Source of the DNA: an uncultured bacterium
GTDB lineage: Bacteria > Hydrothermota > Tepidihabitantia > Tepidihabitantales > Tepidihabitantaceae
Assembly: GCA_964626075.1 (NCBI GenBank)
Contig: CAZVDD010000013.1
Span: 31,291-95,290, forward strand
Direction: 5' to 3'
DNA: 64,000 bases
The notes beneath the pieces are model-generated. The model ran no database searches. It worked only from the letters and a program-made list of their open reading frames with translations, and was not told where the DNA came from. Shown here piece by piece: positions 1-10,063 of this stretch. The position numbers and the translations under genes were made by a program. The first letter of the stretch is position 1. Every line of letters starts with the position of its first letter.

Positions 1-67
1 ACCGATACAAATACCGCTACTACCACTACCGCTATGCGACCAACCCGCAAAAGGCAGAAGGTTAGGG

Positions 68-96
68 TTGACATAAAACAGTTTTCCATCTAATCT
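68..96 (+). promoter_or_regulatory. sigma70-like promoter (TTGACA 68-73, 17 nt spacer, TAATCT 91-96). The -10 ends 7 nt before the ATG at 104, so the transcript would be leaderless.
   Basis: Hexamers and spacing read directly from the sequence. No Shine-Dalgarno between the -10 and the ATG. Confidence 0.45.
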
Positions 97-103
97 ATAT
101 CTG

Positions 104-688
104 ATGAGCCGTATTAAATTTTCCCCCATTTTCCTCGCCGCCCTGTTCAGCGTTGCTGCCCTCTGTGACAATCTGCCCGAACGCCAGTGGGAACGGGGCG
201 CGTTTGAACCGATTGGCGGTAAACCGTACCAACTGCCCAGCGGTATCACCCTCCGGGAAATCAAAGGTCTCGGTGAAGAAACGACCTTTTCTCTCATGCC
301 CCTGCGGGCGGTTCTGCTCAACACCACTTCTCATCGCATCACCGTCAAAATGCCGGCGGGATTGGTATTTTCGCCTTTCGACCACGAGTATCAGTATATG
401 ATGCTTGTCCAGGACTTTTCTTTTTCGGTGCCCGCCGACCAGGACACCGCAATCCTTCTGCCCACCTACGGTTGCAATGAAGATTTAGACGAACCGGACG
501 AAGAGTCCGACTATCAGATTGACATCCAGGTGTGGGAGCGGGAGTTTAACGAACTGTTCACCATCCTCAAGACCAAAAACCTCAACAATATAGATGCCGT
601 AGAACTGGTGCAGGATGCGGTATACGAAATCACCGACGGCAACGGCCTCACCGATTCCACCCGCACGCTTTTGAAACAACTCCCGTGA
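104..688 (+). CDS. Lipoprotein, paralog A (194 aa). N-terminal signal peptide with a lipobox-like AALC. Function unknown.
   Basis: ATG at 104. Hydrophobic N-terminus followed by Cys. Shares an MS(R/K)(I/L)KFS N-terminus and a C-terminal AV(W/Y)xxTDxxGLT motif with the next gene. Stop overlaps the next start (ATGA). Confidence 0.55.
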   Translation: MSRIKFSPIFLAALFSVAALCDNLPERQWERGAFEPIGGKPYQLPSGITLREIKGLGEETTFSLMPLRAVLLNTTSHRITVKMPAGLVFSPFDHEYQYMMLVQDFSFSVPADQDTAILLPTYGCNEDLDEPDEESDYQIDIQVWEREFNELFTILKTKNLNNIDAVELVQDAVYEITDGNGLTDSTRTLLKQLP

Positions 689-1305
689 GTAAACTCAAAT
701 TTTCTTCCCCGCTTCTGCGCCCCGGCGCTACCGCACTGCTGCTTTTCTGCTCTTGCGCACTTCTCTTCTTCTCTGCCTGCGACAACATTTTCTCCCCTTC
801 TGACTTTGAACCCACCGGCACCCCATTTTACCTCAACCCCGGCATCAACACCATCGCCATAACCGGCAACCGCCGCCTGTTCAGCGACCAAGGTCTTTAC
901 ACTCTGGAACTTATCTGCCAGACCACTAATACCAGCCCTCTTCTTGACACCCTTCCCGGCGGCTTACTCTTCACTTCAATTAAAAACTCCACCCAGCATG
1001 TTATCGTTCTTAAAGACCATTTTATCACTGCTCACCCCTCCCGGACAAGCGTCGTCGTCGGCGTGTTCTGCTGTAACCGCTATCGCCAGATCCCGGCAGA
1101 AGACGACACATTTCGCCTCGGACCATTGACTGACAACCCGGACCTCCAGCGGCTGGCGCAACTGGTGAAAAACAAAGACATCTCGCAAAACCTCGGCATG
1201 GTACAACGCGCGGTCTGGATGGTTACCGACTCCACCGGTTTAACCCAGCCTTACATCGACTCAATCAACGCTTTACCCCCGAAATCTGATGGTAACCATC
1301 ATTGA
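685..1305 (+). CDS. Lipoprotein, paralog B (206 aa). Tandem duplicate of the preceding gene.
   Basis: Signal peptide LLFFSAC with lipobox Cys. C-terminal AVWMVTDSTGLTQ motif matches paralog A. Confidence 0.55.
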   Translation: MSKLKFSSPLLRPGATALLLFCSCALLFFSACDNIFSPSDFEPTGTPFYLNPGINTIAITGNRRLFSDQGLYTLELICQTTNTSPLLDTLPGGLLFTSIKNSTQHVIVLKDHFITAHPSRTSVVVGVFCCNRYRQIPAEDDTFRLGPLTDNPDLQRLAQLVKNKDISQNLGMVQRAVWMVTDSTGLTQPYIDSINALPPKSDGNHH

Positions 1306-2422
1306 GGTCAAGACCGCGCAACAGTTAAAGCGGTTTATCGATTTGCCTTTTGCCCTGTATTGGGGAAAACACGGGCTCGGTGCAAAGTACCCCTACTGGG
1401 TACCGCCGCTCAAGAAGGAGGTGGCGGCAATACTTGATTTTCAGCATCACCCATTCTGGGAACACGCCATCGGCACCCTGTTCCTCGCCGAAAAAGCCGG
1501 TAAGACGGTTGGCAGAATCTCGGCGCAGATTGACCACAACTACAACAAACTCTGGGAAGAGAAACTGGGTTCGTTTGGCTTTTTTGAATGTGTTGACGAC
1601 CAGGAGGTGGCGAATGCGCTTTTTGATGCCGCCGCGCAATGGGTCAAGAGCCGCGGGATGAACCGGCTGCGCGGACCAATGAGCCCTTCCTCGAACGACG
1701 AATGGGGCTTTCTCTTTGAAGGCTTTGACCAGCCGCCGGTTTTGATGATGCCCTACAACCCGCCTTACTACCTACGCCTCGCCGAAAACTATGGGTTCGT
1801 AAAGGCGAAAGATCTCCTCGCCTTTATTAAATATGCCCACACCCCGATGCCCGAACGGCTTGTTGCGCTTGCCGAACGCCTCCGCGCCAACCCCAACATC
1901 ACGGTCCGGCCAATTAATATGAAAAAACTGCCTTCGGAGATGGCGATCGTCCGGGAACTGTACAACACCTCCTGGGAGAAAAACTGGGGTTTCTCTCCGA
2001 TGACCGACAAAGAGATGAGCCTCCTTGCCCAAAATTTGAAAACATTTGCCGACCCCAATATGGTGCTTTTTGCCTTCTATCAGGGAAAACCCGCTGGACT
2101 TGCCATCACTTTACCCGATATGAATCAGGTTTTAAAGCATCTAAACGGTAAACTGGGACTTATTGGAATGGTAAAATTCCTCTACTACCGCCGGAAAATC
2201 ACCGGCGCCCGCGCCATCGTGTTCGGGTTCAAGCCCGAGTACCGCCGACTTGGATTACCGGTTCTTCTATTCTACGAAACCGAAAAATATATGCGGCAAA
2301 AGGGCTATCAGTGGTGCGAACTTTCCTGGAACCTTGAAGACAACTGGCTCATCAACGAGTTTGACCGCGAACTGGGCGGAGAAGTGTACAAAAAATACCG
2401 GGTGGTTGAAAAGCCGGTATAA
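1289..2422 (+). CDS. GNAT-fold N-acyltransferase-like protein (377 aa) of the conserved Bacteroidetes/FCB-type family (FemAB/BioF2-like fold).
   Basis: N-terminus KRFIDLPFALYWG..YWVPPL and GFFECVDD motifs recalled from a widely conserved ~380 aa family annotated as N-acetyltransferase. ATG at 1289 overlaps the previous gene by 17 nt. Confidence 0.5.
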   Translation: MVTIIEVKTAQQLKRFIDLPFALYWGKHGLGAKYPYWVPPLKKEVAAILDFQHHPFWEHAIGTLFLAEKAGKTVGRISAQIDHNYNKLWEEKLGSFGFFECVDDQEVANALFDAAAQWVKSRGMNRLRGPMSPSSNDEWGFLFEGFDQPPVLMMPYNPPYYLRLAENYGFVKAKDLLAFIKYAHTPMPERLVALAERLRANPNITVRPINMKKLPSEMAIVRELYNTSWEKNWGFSPMTDKEMSLLAQNLKTFADPNMVLFAFYQGKPAGLAITLPDMNQVLKHLNGKLGLIGMVKFLYYRRKITGARAIVFGFKPEYRRLGLPVLLFYETEKYMRQKGYQWCELSWNLEDNWLINEFDRELGGEVYKKYRVVEKPV

Positions 2423-2648
2423 AGTTTTGACCCCACTTAAATAAAATATTCACGGTCTTTCCTGTAATTCACTATCTATCATAAACTTATTCAACACAAC
2501 CCCCCGTCCCCTGGACCGTTTCCAGGACCGTTTCGGACTCCCTCGGTGCGCAAATACCCTATTTGTGTACCTCTGAACTTGCTATTTTCTACTGTCCAAC
2601 CGCTACTGTGATGCTGTTAACTATCGAAGGACACGGCACTTGGTGCTC

Positions 2649-4109
2649 CTACTCCCACTCAATAGTTGCTGGTGGCTTAGAAGAGATGTCGTAAACCACC
2701 CGATTGATACCCGGCACCTCATTGGTGATGCGCGCGGCGATGCGGGCAAGCAAATCCTCCGGCAACCGCGCCCAATCTGCGGTCATCGCATCGGTTGATG
2801 TCACGGCACGCAGCGCAACAACATTCTCATAGGTGCGCTCATCACCCATCACCCCAACCGAACGCACCGGCAAAAGAACACAGAGCGCCTGCCATACCTT
2901 ATCGTAGTATCCTGCCCGCCGCAGTTCAGTGATAAAAATTTCGTCCGCCGCGCGCACCAGTTTCAGCCGCTCCGGTGTCACCGCGCCCAGGATGCGCACC
3001 GCCAGTCCTGGTCCAGGAAACGGATGGCGCGCAAGAATCACCTTCGGAATGTGCAACGCCCGACCCAGGCGCCGCACCTCATCTTTGAAAAGCTCCTTTA
3101 ACGGCTCAATCAGTTCAAACTTCAAATCCTTTGGCAGACCGCCGACATTGTGGTGGGTCTTGATTGTTGCCGAAGGACCGCCGAACGCCGAGCGGGACTC
3201 AATCAGGTCCGGATAAAGCGTGCCCTGTGCCAGAAATTTAATCCCGCCCAGTTGCTTCCCAACATCTTCAAACACCCGGATAAACTCATTACCGATGATT
3301 TTCCGCTTCTTCTCCGGGTCGCTAACACCCTTCAGCCGGTTCAAAAACCGTTCTGCCGCCGGCACAAACCGCACCGGCAACCGGCAGCGCAAAGTTTTCA
3401 GCACCATTGCCGCTTCCCCGGCGCGCAAAAGCCCGTTGTCAACAAAAACCGCTACCAGTTGCCGGCCAATCGCCCGGTAAAGTAAAGTGGCAAGAACCGT
3501 GGAGTCAACCCCGCCCGAAACCGCACACAGCACCCGCTCCTTGCCCACCGTGTTTCTGATTTCCGCGGTCTTTTCCGCAATGAACTCCTGCATCGTCCAT
3601 TCCGGCTGACAGCGGGCGATGCGGAAAAGAAAGTTTTCCAAAATCTTTTTGCCCAGCGGCGTGTGCTCCACCTCGGGATGAAACTGCACACCGTAAATGC
3701 GCCACGCCTCCTGCCCCATTGCTGCTATTGACAGATGCCCGGTCTTACCCAGCTTCACAAATTCGACGGGCAGACGGGTAACCGAATCGCCATGACTCAT
3801 CCAGACCCTAAACCGTTGCGGCAGTCCGGCAAAAAGCGGGCTAACCTGAATCTTCTCAAACTGGGCGCCGCCGTACTCCCGCACCCCATTACGCGTCACC
3901 TTTCCCCCTAACAGATAGGCGGTGACCTGCATTCCATAGCAAATCCCCAACAGCGGAATGCCCAGGCTGAAAATCGCCGGGTCCGGTAAAGGTGCCTTCG
4001 GCGCAAACACACTCGCCGGCCCGCCCGAAAGAATCAGCGCCCTTGCCTGCCGTTCTAATATCACTTCCGGTGCGATGTTGAAAGGCACAATCTCCGAGAA
4101 AACCCGCAA
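2649..4109 (-). CDS. guaA: GMP synthase, glutamine-hydrolyzing (486 aa).
   Basis: N-terminal class-I glutamine amidotransferase domain (GICYGMQ). ATP-pyrophosphatase P-loop SGGVDSTV. Typical C-terminal dimerisation end ..IEWE. Confidence 0.93.
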   Translation of the reverse strand: MRVFSEIVPFNIAPEVILERQARALILSGGPASVFAPKAPLPDPAIFSLGIPLLGICYGMQVTAYLLGGKVTRNGVREYGGAQFEKIQVSPLFAGLPQRFRVWMSHGDSVTRLPVEFVKLGKTGHLSIAAMGQEAWRIYGVQFHPEVEHTPLGKKILENFLFRIARCQPEWTMQEFIAEKTAEIRNTVGKERVLCAVSGGVDSTVLATLLYRAIGRQLVAVFVDNGLLRAGEAAMVLKTLRCRLPVRFVPAAERFLNRLKGVSDPEKKRKIIGNEFIRVFEDVGKQLGGIKFLAQGTLYPDLIESRSAFGGPSATIKTHHNVGGLPKDLKFELIEPLKELFKDEVRRLGRALHIPKVILARHPFPGPGLAVRILGAVTPERLKLVRAADEIFITELRRAGYYDKVWQALCVLLPVRSVGVMGDERTYENVVALRAVTSTDAMTADWARLPEDLLARIAARITNEVPGINRVVYDISSKPPATIEWE

Positions 4110-4181
4110 CTCCCGAACACGGCGGGCAATCAGCTGAGTGTACTGCGAACCAAAATCTAAGACTAAAACCCTATCCAGTTG

Positions 4182-4598
4182 CTACTTCTCCCTTCTTACC
4201 GGCGGCAGGGTGTCGCTCGCAAGCAGTTCACAAACCCCCGATGCCTTGCCATAGATTAAAAGACATTTATAATAGATGCTGGCTGCGGACTTAACATCCT
4301 TTGTTGCCCGCCACTTGTTCAGCGTCAGTTTCAGCTCTTCAATCTGCCGCTCCAGGTAACCAAGCCGGCGATTAATTAAAAGCCGCTCAACTATTGAAGA
4401 CGACCTCAGCCGGTTGCGCAGTACCACCGCGCTGCTTTCCAGTTCCGCAACACGGCGCTCAAACACCTGTACCGACTCTGGCGTCACCTCAAAAACCATT
4501 ACCCGGGATTTAATCCTCTGCCGTTGATTCACGTTATACAACAAAAGCCCGAACAAAAACGCCAGCACCAAAAGCAGAAACCAGAAAACTCCCTTCAT
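4182..4598 (-). CDS. Hypothetical membrane-anchored coiled-coil protein (138 aa). Possibly FtsB/FtsL-like.
   Basis: One N-terminal TM helix followed by a heptad-like charged region. No diagnostic motif. Confidence 0.35.
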   Translation of the reverse strand: MKGVFWFLLLVLAFLFGLLLYNVNQRQRIKSRVMVFEVTPESVQVFERRVAELESSAVVLRNRLRSSSIVERLLINRRLGYLERQIEELKLTLNKWRATKDVKSAASIYYKCLLIYGKASGVCELLASDTLPPVRREK

Positions 4599-4608
4599 AA
4601 CAACCTCC

Positions 4609-7071
4609 TTACCTGACTACGATATTTACCACCCGGCCCGGTATCAAAACCACCCGGATTACCTCCTTACCCTCAATATAGGGTAGTACCGCACTGTTTT
4701 CCAGCGCCGCTTTTTTCACCTCCTCCGCACCGCTTGTCCGGCTGACAACCACCTTGCCCCGCAGTTTGCCGTTGACCTGAACCGGAATCTCTATTGTATC
4801 AAAATGCACAAACCGCTCATCCCATTCCGGCATCGGCTCGCAAAATATCGACCCCTTTTCCGGATAAAATCGGTGCCACAACTCCTCACTCAAATGGGGG
4901 GCAAACGGCGCCAGCAGTTTAACAAACCGCACCAGGGCAAACCGGAACACCGGCGACTTTTGGTCCGGGAACAGATACAGTTCATTCAAAAACTCCATCA
5001 GGGCGCTGATTGCGGTGTTGAACTGGAAATTGTCTGCATCGGTTATCACCTTCTTATGGGTTTGGTTCATCCGGATGTAAAGCCTCTTCTCCTCGGCGCT
5101 GAACTTTTCCACCTCAATTTTATCGGGCGGCAGTTGATAACCCGCATCTTCAAACAGTCGCCATACCCGGGCGATAAAACGCTTGACACCGGTGACAAGT
5201 TCATTTGACCATTCGAGCGGCTTCTCGGGCGGTGCGGCAAAGAGCACACCGAGTCGGGCACAATCGGCGCCGTGCTCCTCAACAAACGGTCCAACCCAGA
5301 CCCCGTGCCGTCGGGACGAAGACATCGTCTTACCGTCAAGGGAAACCATCCCCTGGGTGTGCAAAACCCGACAGGGTTCTTTTACCGAAACCATTTCGAG
5401 GTCGTGCAAAACCCGGGTAAAGAACCGAAAGAAAATCAGATGGCCACAGGCGTGCTCAATACCGCCGATGTAGTTGTCAATCGGCAACCACTTGTCCGCG
5501 TTCGCCCGGGAAAAGGGCAGTTGGTCGTTGTGCGGGTCGGTGTAGCGCAGGTGGTACCAGGAAGAATCAACAAAAGTATCCATCGTGTCCGGGTCGCGCT
5601 GGGCCGGACCGCCACATTTCGGGCAGGTGGTGTTGATAAACGACTCCACCCCGGCAAGGACCGATTTGCCCTTGGGCTTGTAATCCTTGACATCAGGCGG
5701 CAAAAGCACCGGCAGCTGTTCATAGGGAACCGGCACAATGCCGCACTGCGGGCAGTGAATCATCGGTATCGGTGTGCCCCAGTAGCGTTGCCGAGAGATG
5801 AGCCAGTCTTTTAACCGGTACTGAACCTTGCGCCGGCCGATATTGCGCCTTTCCAGTTCTTCAATAACCAGTTGAATCCCCTTTTCCGAAGGCGTACCAT
5901 CAAACGGCCCGGAGTTGACCATCACCCCGGGCTCGGTGTATGCGCCCGTCATCTCTTCCGGCACAACCGTTTTGCCTTCCGGCACAATCACCACTTTAAT
6001 CGGGATGTTGTACTTGCGGGCAAACTCAAAGTCCCGCTGGTCATGTCCGGGCACACCCATCACCATTCCGGTCCCATACCCGGCAAGCACAAAGTCCGCA
6101 ACCCAGATTGGTACCATTTCGCCGCTCAACGGGTTGCGGGCAAACCGGCCGGTGAAAATCCCCTGCTTCTCCCTGCCCACTGCCGTGCGCTCAATCTCGG
6201 GCTGGATTAGAATTTGGTGACAGAAATCTGCCACCGCATGCTCCTGCGGTGTACCCCGGGCAATTGTTTCCGCCAGCGGCGCATCCGGCGCCAGCGCCAG
6301 AAATGTCACCCCGTAAAGCGTATCAGGCCTTGTTGTCCAAACCGGCAACCTTGTGCCGTCGTCCATTTGAAAATCAACCTCAACCCCTTCGGACCGACCA
6401 ATCCAGTTCCGCTGCATCACCCGCACACTCTCAGGCCAGCCGGTCAACTCTTCAATTCCGTCCAGCAACTCCTGGGCGTACTCGGTGATTTTGAAAAACC
6501 ACTGCGTCAACTTCTTCTTCTCCACCGGTGCCGCACAACTGGAACGGTAACACCGGCCTTCCACCACCTGCTCATTTGCCAGAACCGTCTGGCAGCGCGG
6601 ACACCAGTTCACATAAGCCTCCTTGCGGTAAACCAGCCCGCGCTCGTAAAACTTCAAAAACAACCACTGATTCCACCGGTAATATTCCGGCAGGCAGGTA
6701 GTAACCTCCCGGTCCCAATCATAACCAATGCCCAGCAATTTAAGGTTATTCTTACACAGCTTAATTGAGTCAAATGTCCAAACCCAGGGCGGTATGTTGT
6801 GCTCAATTGCCGCATTTTCCGCCGGTAAACCGAACGCATCCCAGCCAAACGGATGCAACACATCGTACCCCTGCATCATCTTGAGCCGTGCCACACAGTC
6901 GCCGATGCAGTAATTGCGGGCATGACCCATATGCATATCACCCGAAGGATACAGAAACATCTCTAACACATAGTACTTCTTCTTCGGATTAGGATTCGTT
7001 TTAAAAACCCCTTTTTCCTCCCAGAACCGTTGCCATTTCAACTCAATTTCTCTTGTTGGATAATCACTCAT
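4609..7071 (-). CDS. leuS: Leucine--tRNA ligase (820 aa).
   Basis: Class I aaRS HMGH (HIGH) motif near the N-terminus. KMSSS (KMSKS variant). Bacterial LeuS length and typical N-terminus ..ELKWQRFWEE. Confidence 0.93.
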   Translation of the reverse strand: MSDYPTREIELKWQRFWEEKGVFKTNPNPKKKYYVLEMFLYPSGDMHMGHARNYCIGDCVARLKMMQGYDVLHPFGWDAFGLPAENAAIEHNIPPWVWTFDSIKLCKNNLKLLGIGYDWDREVTTCLPEYYRWNQWLFLKFYERGLVYRKEAYVNWCPRCQTVLANEQVVEGRCYRSSCAAPVEKKKLTQWFFKITEYAQELLDGIEELTGWPESVRVMQRNWIGRSEGVEVDFQMDDGTRLPVWTTRPDTLYGVTFLALAPDAPLAETIARGTPQEHAVADFCHQILIQPEIERTAVGREKQGIFTGRFARNPLSGEMVPIWVADFVLAGYGTGMVMGVPGHDQRDFEFARKYNIPIKVVIVPEGKTVVPEEMTGAYTEPGVMVNSGPFDGTPSEKGIQLVIEELERRNIGRRKVQYRLKDWLISRQRYWGTPIPMIHCPQCGIVPVPYEQLPVLLPPDVKDYKPKGKSVLAGVESFINTTCPKCGGPAQRDPDTMDTFVDSSWYHLRYTDPHNDQLPFSRANADKWLPIDNYIGGIEHACGHLIFFRFFTRVLHDLEMVSVKEPCRVLHTQGMVSLDGKTMSSSRRHGVWVGPFVEEHGADCARLGVLFAAPPEKPLEWSNELVTGVKRFIARVWRLFEDAGYQLPPDKIEVEKFSAEEKRLYIRMNQTHKKVITDADNFQFNTAISALMEFLNELYLFPDQKSPVFRFALVRFVKLLAPFAPHLSEELWHRFYPEKGSIFCEPMPEWDERFVHFDTIEIPVQVNGKLRGKVVVSRTSGAEEVKKAALENSAVLPYIEGKEVIRVVLIPGRVVNIVVR

Positions 7072-7156
7072 AACTCTACCTTCCTTTCACCGCTTCACTC
7101 CTTACGCTTCCCCCGCCCACGACAGAAGGGGCAATGGGATAATGTAAACTTCATCG

Positions 7157-8134
7157 CTATCTCCTGGGTCCTAATGCCCAGACGAGCCACATATCAAGCA
7201 GCGCCCAGGGCTCTGGATGACCGGAAACAATCCGGCGGTTAATTTCGTAAAGGGCATCAATCGCCTTATGCAGGCGCCGGGTTCGAATCGTGCCTTCACC
7301 CCAGCCCATCTCTCTGCCATAATAGTCGGGCCGGCGCAAGAGGTTCAACAACGCATAACCCAGATTCACCACAATCCGTATCGGCTCCTCGCCCTTCTCC
7401 TCAAGCCGCCGCAGCATTTGCAGCGCCTGAGCGGGATTCCCCTCCCGTACCAGCCGAATAAACTCCTGCAACTCAAATACCCGGGTGGAACTGGCATACC
7501 GCTTCACCACATCCTCGTTAACCGTTTCGCCCTGTCCCAGAACCGTTGCTAACTTCTCCATCTCCCCTTTAAGAAACCGCAAATCCTGACCACAAACCTC
7601 AACCAGACAGCGCGCCGCCCCATCATCAAACTTTAATCCGTCCGCCGCACCCCAGCTTTTCAACAACCGCACCAGCCCATCACCTTCCGGCGCTCGCAAC
7701 TGCACCACAAACCGTTCCACTCCGGTTTTCTTAAAAACCTCCTTCAACCCCTTCTCGTACTCACAACTTGCCACTATCGTCACCGCCTCGGGCAAACGCG
7801 CAAACACCGCACACACCCTCGCCAGCACCTCCTTGCGCAACTCCTCTAAGTGCTCAATCACCACCAAGCGCCGGGGCGCCGCCACCGGCAACTGACGAAC
7901 CGCCGCCTCAATCGCGCCCCCAACATCACCCCGCACCTCCCGGGCATCAAGCCTTTCAAAATCAAACGCCTCTAAACCTGAAACCAGCAACTCCTCCTTT
8001 AAAAGCCGAACAAACTCCTCAACAAAAAAGGACTCGCTGTCGTAAAATAGATAAAGCGGCTGAAAATTTCCCGCCGCCAACTCGGCAAAAATGTCGCGCG
8101 CCCCACCCTTATGGGCTCTGCTCTTCTCCTGCAT
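7157..8134 (-). CDS. holA: DNA polymerase III delta subunit (325 aa).
   Basis: N-terminal PLYLFYDSESFFVEEF resembles the HolA signature. Located immediately after leuS, as in many bacteria. Confidence 0.6.
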   Translation of the reverse strand: MQEKSRAHKGGARDIFAELAAGNFQPLYLFYDSESFFVEEFVRLLKEELLVSGLEAFDFERLDAREVRGDVGGAIEAAVRQLPVAAPRRLVVIEHLEELRKEVLARVCAVFARLPEAVTIVASCEYEKGLKEVFKKTGVERFVVQLRAPEGDGLVRLLKSWGAADGLKFDDGAARCLVEVCGQDLRFLKGEMEKLATVLGQGETVNEDVVKRYASSTRVFELQEFIRLVREGNPAQALQMLRRLEEKGEEPIRIVVNLGYALLNLLRRPDYYGREMGWGEGTIRTRRLHKAIDALYEINRRIVSGHPEPWALLDMWLVWALGPRR

Positions 8135-8266
8135 ACCGAAAACGATTTTACCTCAAATCCATCTCTGGTCAATCCTCAACCCTTGTCACACTAATCCTTC
8201 CTCACGCTCCTCTCCTCCCTTAAATGCTGAACTAGGGCGCAACGGCAAAAAGGACAATCAGCCCTA

Positions 8267-9034
8267 CTATTCCCCTTTGATGGCATGGGACAAAGGGGAA
8301 GGAACACTCTTCCGTAAGCGGGAAAACTCCTCCTGCAACCGCTGATTGATACGTCTGATTTCCCGCCTCAAATCCTCCGGAGAAGAAGGCGGTTCCGCCG
8401 GCGGCGCAATCGGCTCACCCAGCGCAACCACGATATTACGATTCAGCAAATTCCCGACAACCGAAAAAAATCCCTCCCAGGCTTCATTCAGACCGGCCTT
8501 GGAATTGGGCTCTGGTCCGAGTTTCAACCCCGCAACATACACCGGTAAAACCGGTACCTGCGCCCGCACCGCCAGCCATGCGGTACCGTCGTAAAGATGG
8601 TCAACATCGCCCCGGCGGTTCAACTCGCCCTCCGGATAAACGCCCAACACCGCGCCCTCCCTCAACATCTGGACCCCGCGCCGCAAGGTCGGGATGTTCT
8701 CATTACCCTTGCCAATTGCCACCGGCATCGTATCGCAAAGATTCCTCATCCAGAACCCGACAAACCGCGAATGAAACCACTTTGCCGCCGCCAGAAAGAA
8801 CACCCGCGTCCTCAGCGCCAGTTGAATCACAATTGAGTCTGCACCGGTCAAGTGGTTTGCCGCGACAACAAACCCGCTTTTAATCGGCAGCGCCACCCGT
8901 TCTCTACCAACCACCCGAATCCGGATTAGAAGACCATAAATGGTGAGCAGCACCGACTTTACCAGCGCCCATAACTGGCGGCTGCGGGATGGTTTGACTC
9001 CTGCCCGTGTCTCGAAAATCCTTCCTTTTGACAT
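8267..9034 (-). CDS. plsC: 1-acyl-sn-glycerol-3-phosphate acyltransferase-like (LPLAT family) protein.
   Basis: NHLTGAD (HX4D) acyltransferase motif and VYPEGE (EGTR-like) motif. Confidence 0.7.
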   Translation of the reverse strand: MSKGRIFETRAGVKPSRSRQLWALVKSVLLTIYGLLIRIRVVGRERVALPIKSGFVVAANHLTGADSIVIQLALRTRVFFLAAAKWFHSRFVGFWMRNLCDTMPVAIGKGNENIPTLRRGVQMLREGAVLGVYPEGELNRRGDVDHLYDGTAWLAVRAQVPVLPVYVAGLKLGPEPNSKAGLNEAWEGFFSVVGNLLNRNIVVALGEPIAPPAEPPSSPEDLRREIRRINQRLQEEFSRLRKSVPSPLSHAIKGE

Positions 9035-9314
9035 CTCGCAACTCCTGCATTATTGTAAAATTTCCTCCGACCTGTGTCAATACTCCAGACACCCGCACCT
9101 TTGTTTTCCCTGTTAAGAGAAGAGAAAAACGGGCGGCCGCGCTGGCGTAATAGCTAACTATCGCGCCAATGCTGGCGGTTATCTTTGATTTCTCAAATAC
9201 TTCCAGTAAACTGGGCTGATGCGGCCGGGCACGGCATACTGCGCCCGGATATCCGTTTGACTATTTCGAGCCGTCAAGGTCCGTTAAAAATTACCAGCCA
9301 AAGGAGGCAGCGTG

Positions 9315-9476
9315 ATGGAAGAACACAATAACCATAACGAAGCGGTGGTTGAAGCGCTGATTGAAATTGCGGCGCTCGTTGAAATGTTGATTGACAAAGG
9401 GGTGTTTACCGCTGAGGAGTTTCAGAACAAAATCGGCGAGGTGGTGGAACGGTTTACAACACCTGAACAGGAATAG
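9315..9476 (+). CDS. Small acidic protein (53 aa), unannotated in the ORF track because it is under 60 aa.
   Basis: Strong Shine-Dalgarno AAAGGAGG 6-7 nt upstream of GTG/ATG (9312/9315). Clean ORF MEEHNNHNEAVVEALIEIAALVEMLIDKGVFTAEEFQNKIGEVVERFTTPEQE ending TAG at 9474-9476. Confidence 0.5.
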   Translation: MEEHNNHNEAVVEALIEIAALVEMLIDKGVFTAEEFQNKIGEVVERFTTPEQE

Positions 9477-9553
9477 CCTTACCCTCTTTTCGACCAACCC
9501 TTCCCGCGCAAAGCCGGAAGGGGCTAAGACGATCGCGTTGCACTATGTCCCAA

Positions 9554-10063
9554 CTAAGCCTTACCGTCTTTGATTAACTGGTTGCGGCAGACGGTAAGAA
9601 ACTCCAGGCAAGTTGCGGTGCGGTAGTCCGGGTAAGTCCAGGGCAGAGGTTGAAACTTCCCTTGGTGATAGATTAGGGTCACTTCGGCGTAGATACCCTC
9701 TCCCAGATAGATGCGGTGCGCGTAGTCTTTTGTTGTCGGCAGGATTAAATTGTGCAGGGAAAGGATACCCGGGTCGAGGTTTACCCGACGCCTGCCTGTG
9801 GCATCTTTGAGTTGCGCCTCAAGGGCAATGGTGCTTTTCTTGAATGCAATTAGCCGGTCGGGTGGAAACAGCCCTTGATGGGCAACCCAGCAACGCAGCA
9901 GTTCTGGTCCCATCTCATCTTGATAGTAACGGGAAAAGTCCCAGGGGATAATCGAACTTCTCAACTCAACAGCACCGAAGGTCTGCTCCAGAAGGCGAAC
10001 ACTCTGGTCAAGGATGTCCGGGTTGCGGGCGATAATCCCGATGATAAGTTTAACCGGCTTCAA
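9554..10063 (-). CDS. DUF4416 domain protein (169 aa).
   Basis: YYQDEMG motif and IIGIIARNPD-type N-terminus match the DUF4416 family as recalled. Start overlaps the scpB stop. Confidence 0.55.
   Translation of the reverse strand: MKPVKLIIGIIARNPDILDQSVRLLEQTFGAVELRSSIIPWDFSRYYQDEMGPELLRCWVAHQGLFPPDRLIAFKKSTIALEAQLKDATGRRRVNLDPGILSLHNLILPTTKDYAHRIYLGEGIYAEVTLIYHQGKFQPLPWTYPDYRTATCLEFLTVCRNQLIKDGKA

Noticed and set aside
95-385. 96 aa ORF on the minus strand.
   Set aside because: It is entirely antisense to the lipoprotein gene. That gene has a paralog next door and a matching promoter.
7255-7285. tRNA T-arm-like motif GGTTCGAATC. A similar GGATTCAAGCC motif lies near 27215.
   Set aside because: Both sit inside or beside coding sequence with no acceptor, D or anticodon arms. 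No tRNA fold can be built.
9291-9497. 68 aa minus-strand ORF, His-rich.
   Set aside because: Odd composition and no Shine-Dalgarno. The plus-strand 53 aa ORF in the same place has a near-perfect Shine-Dalgarno.
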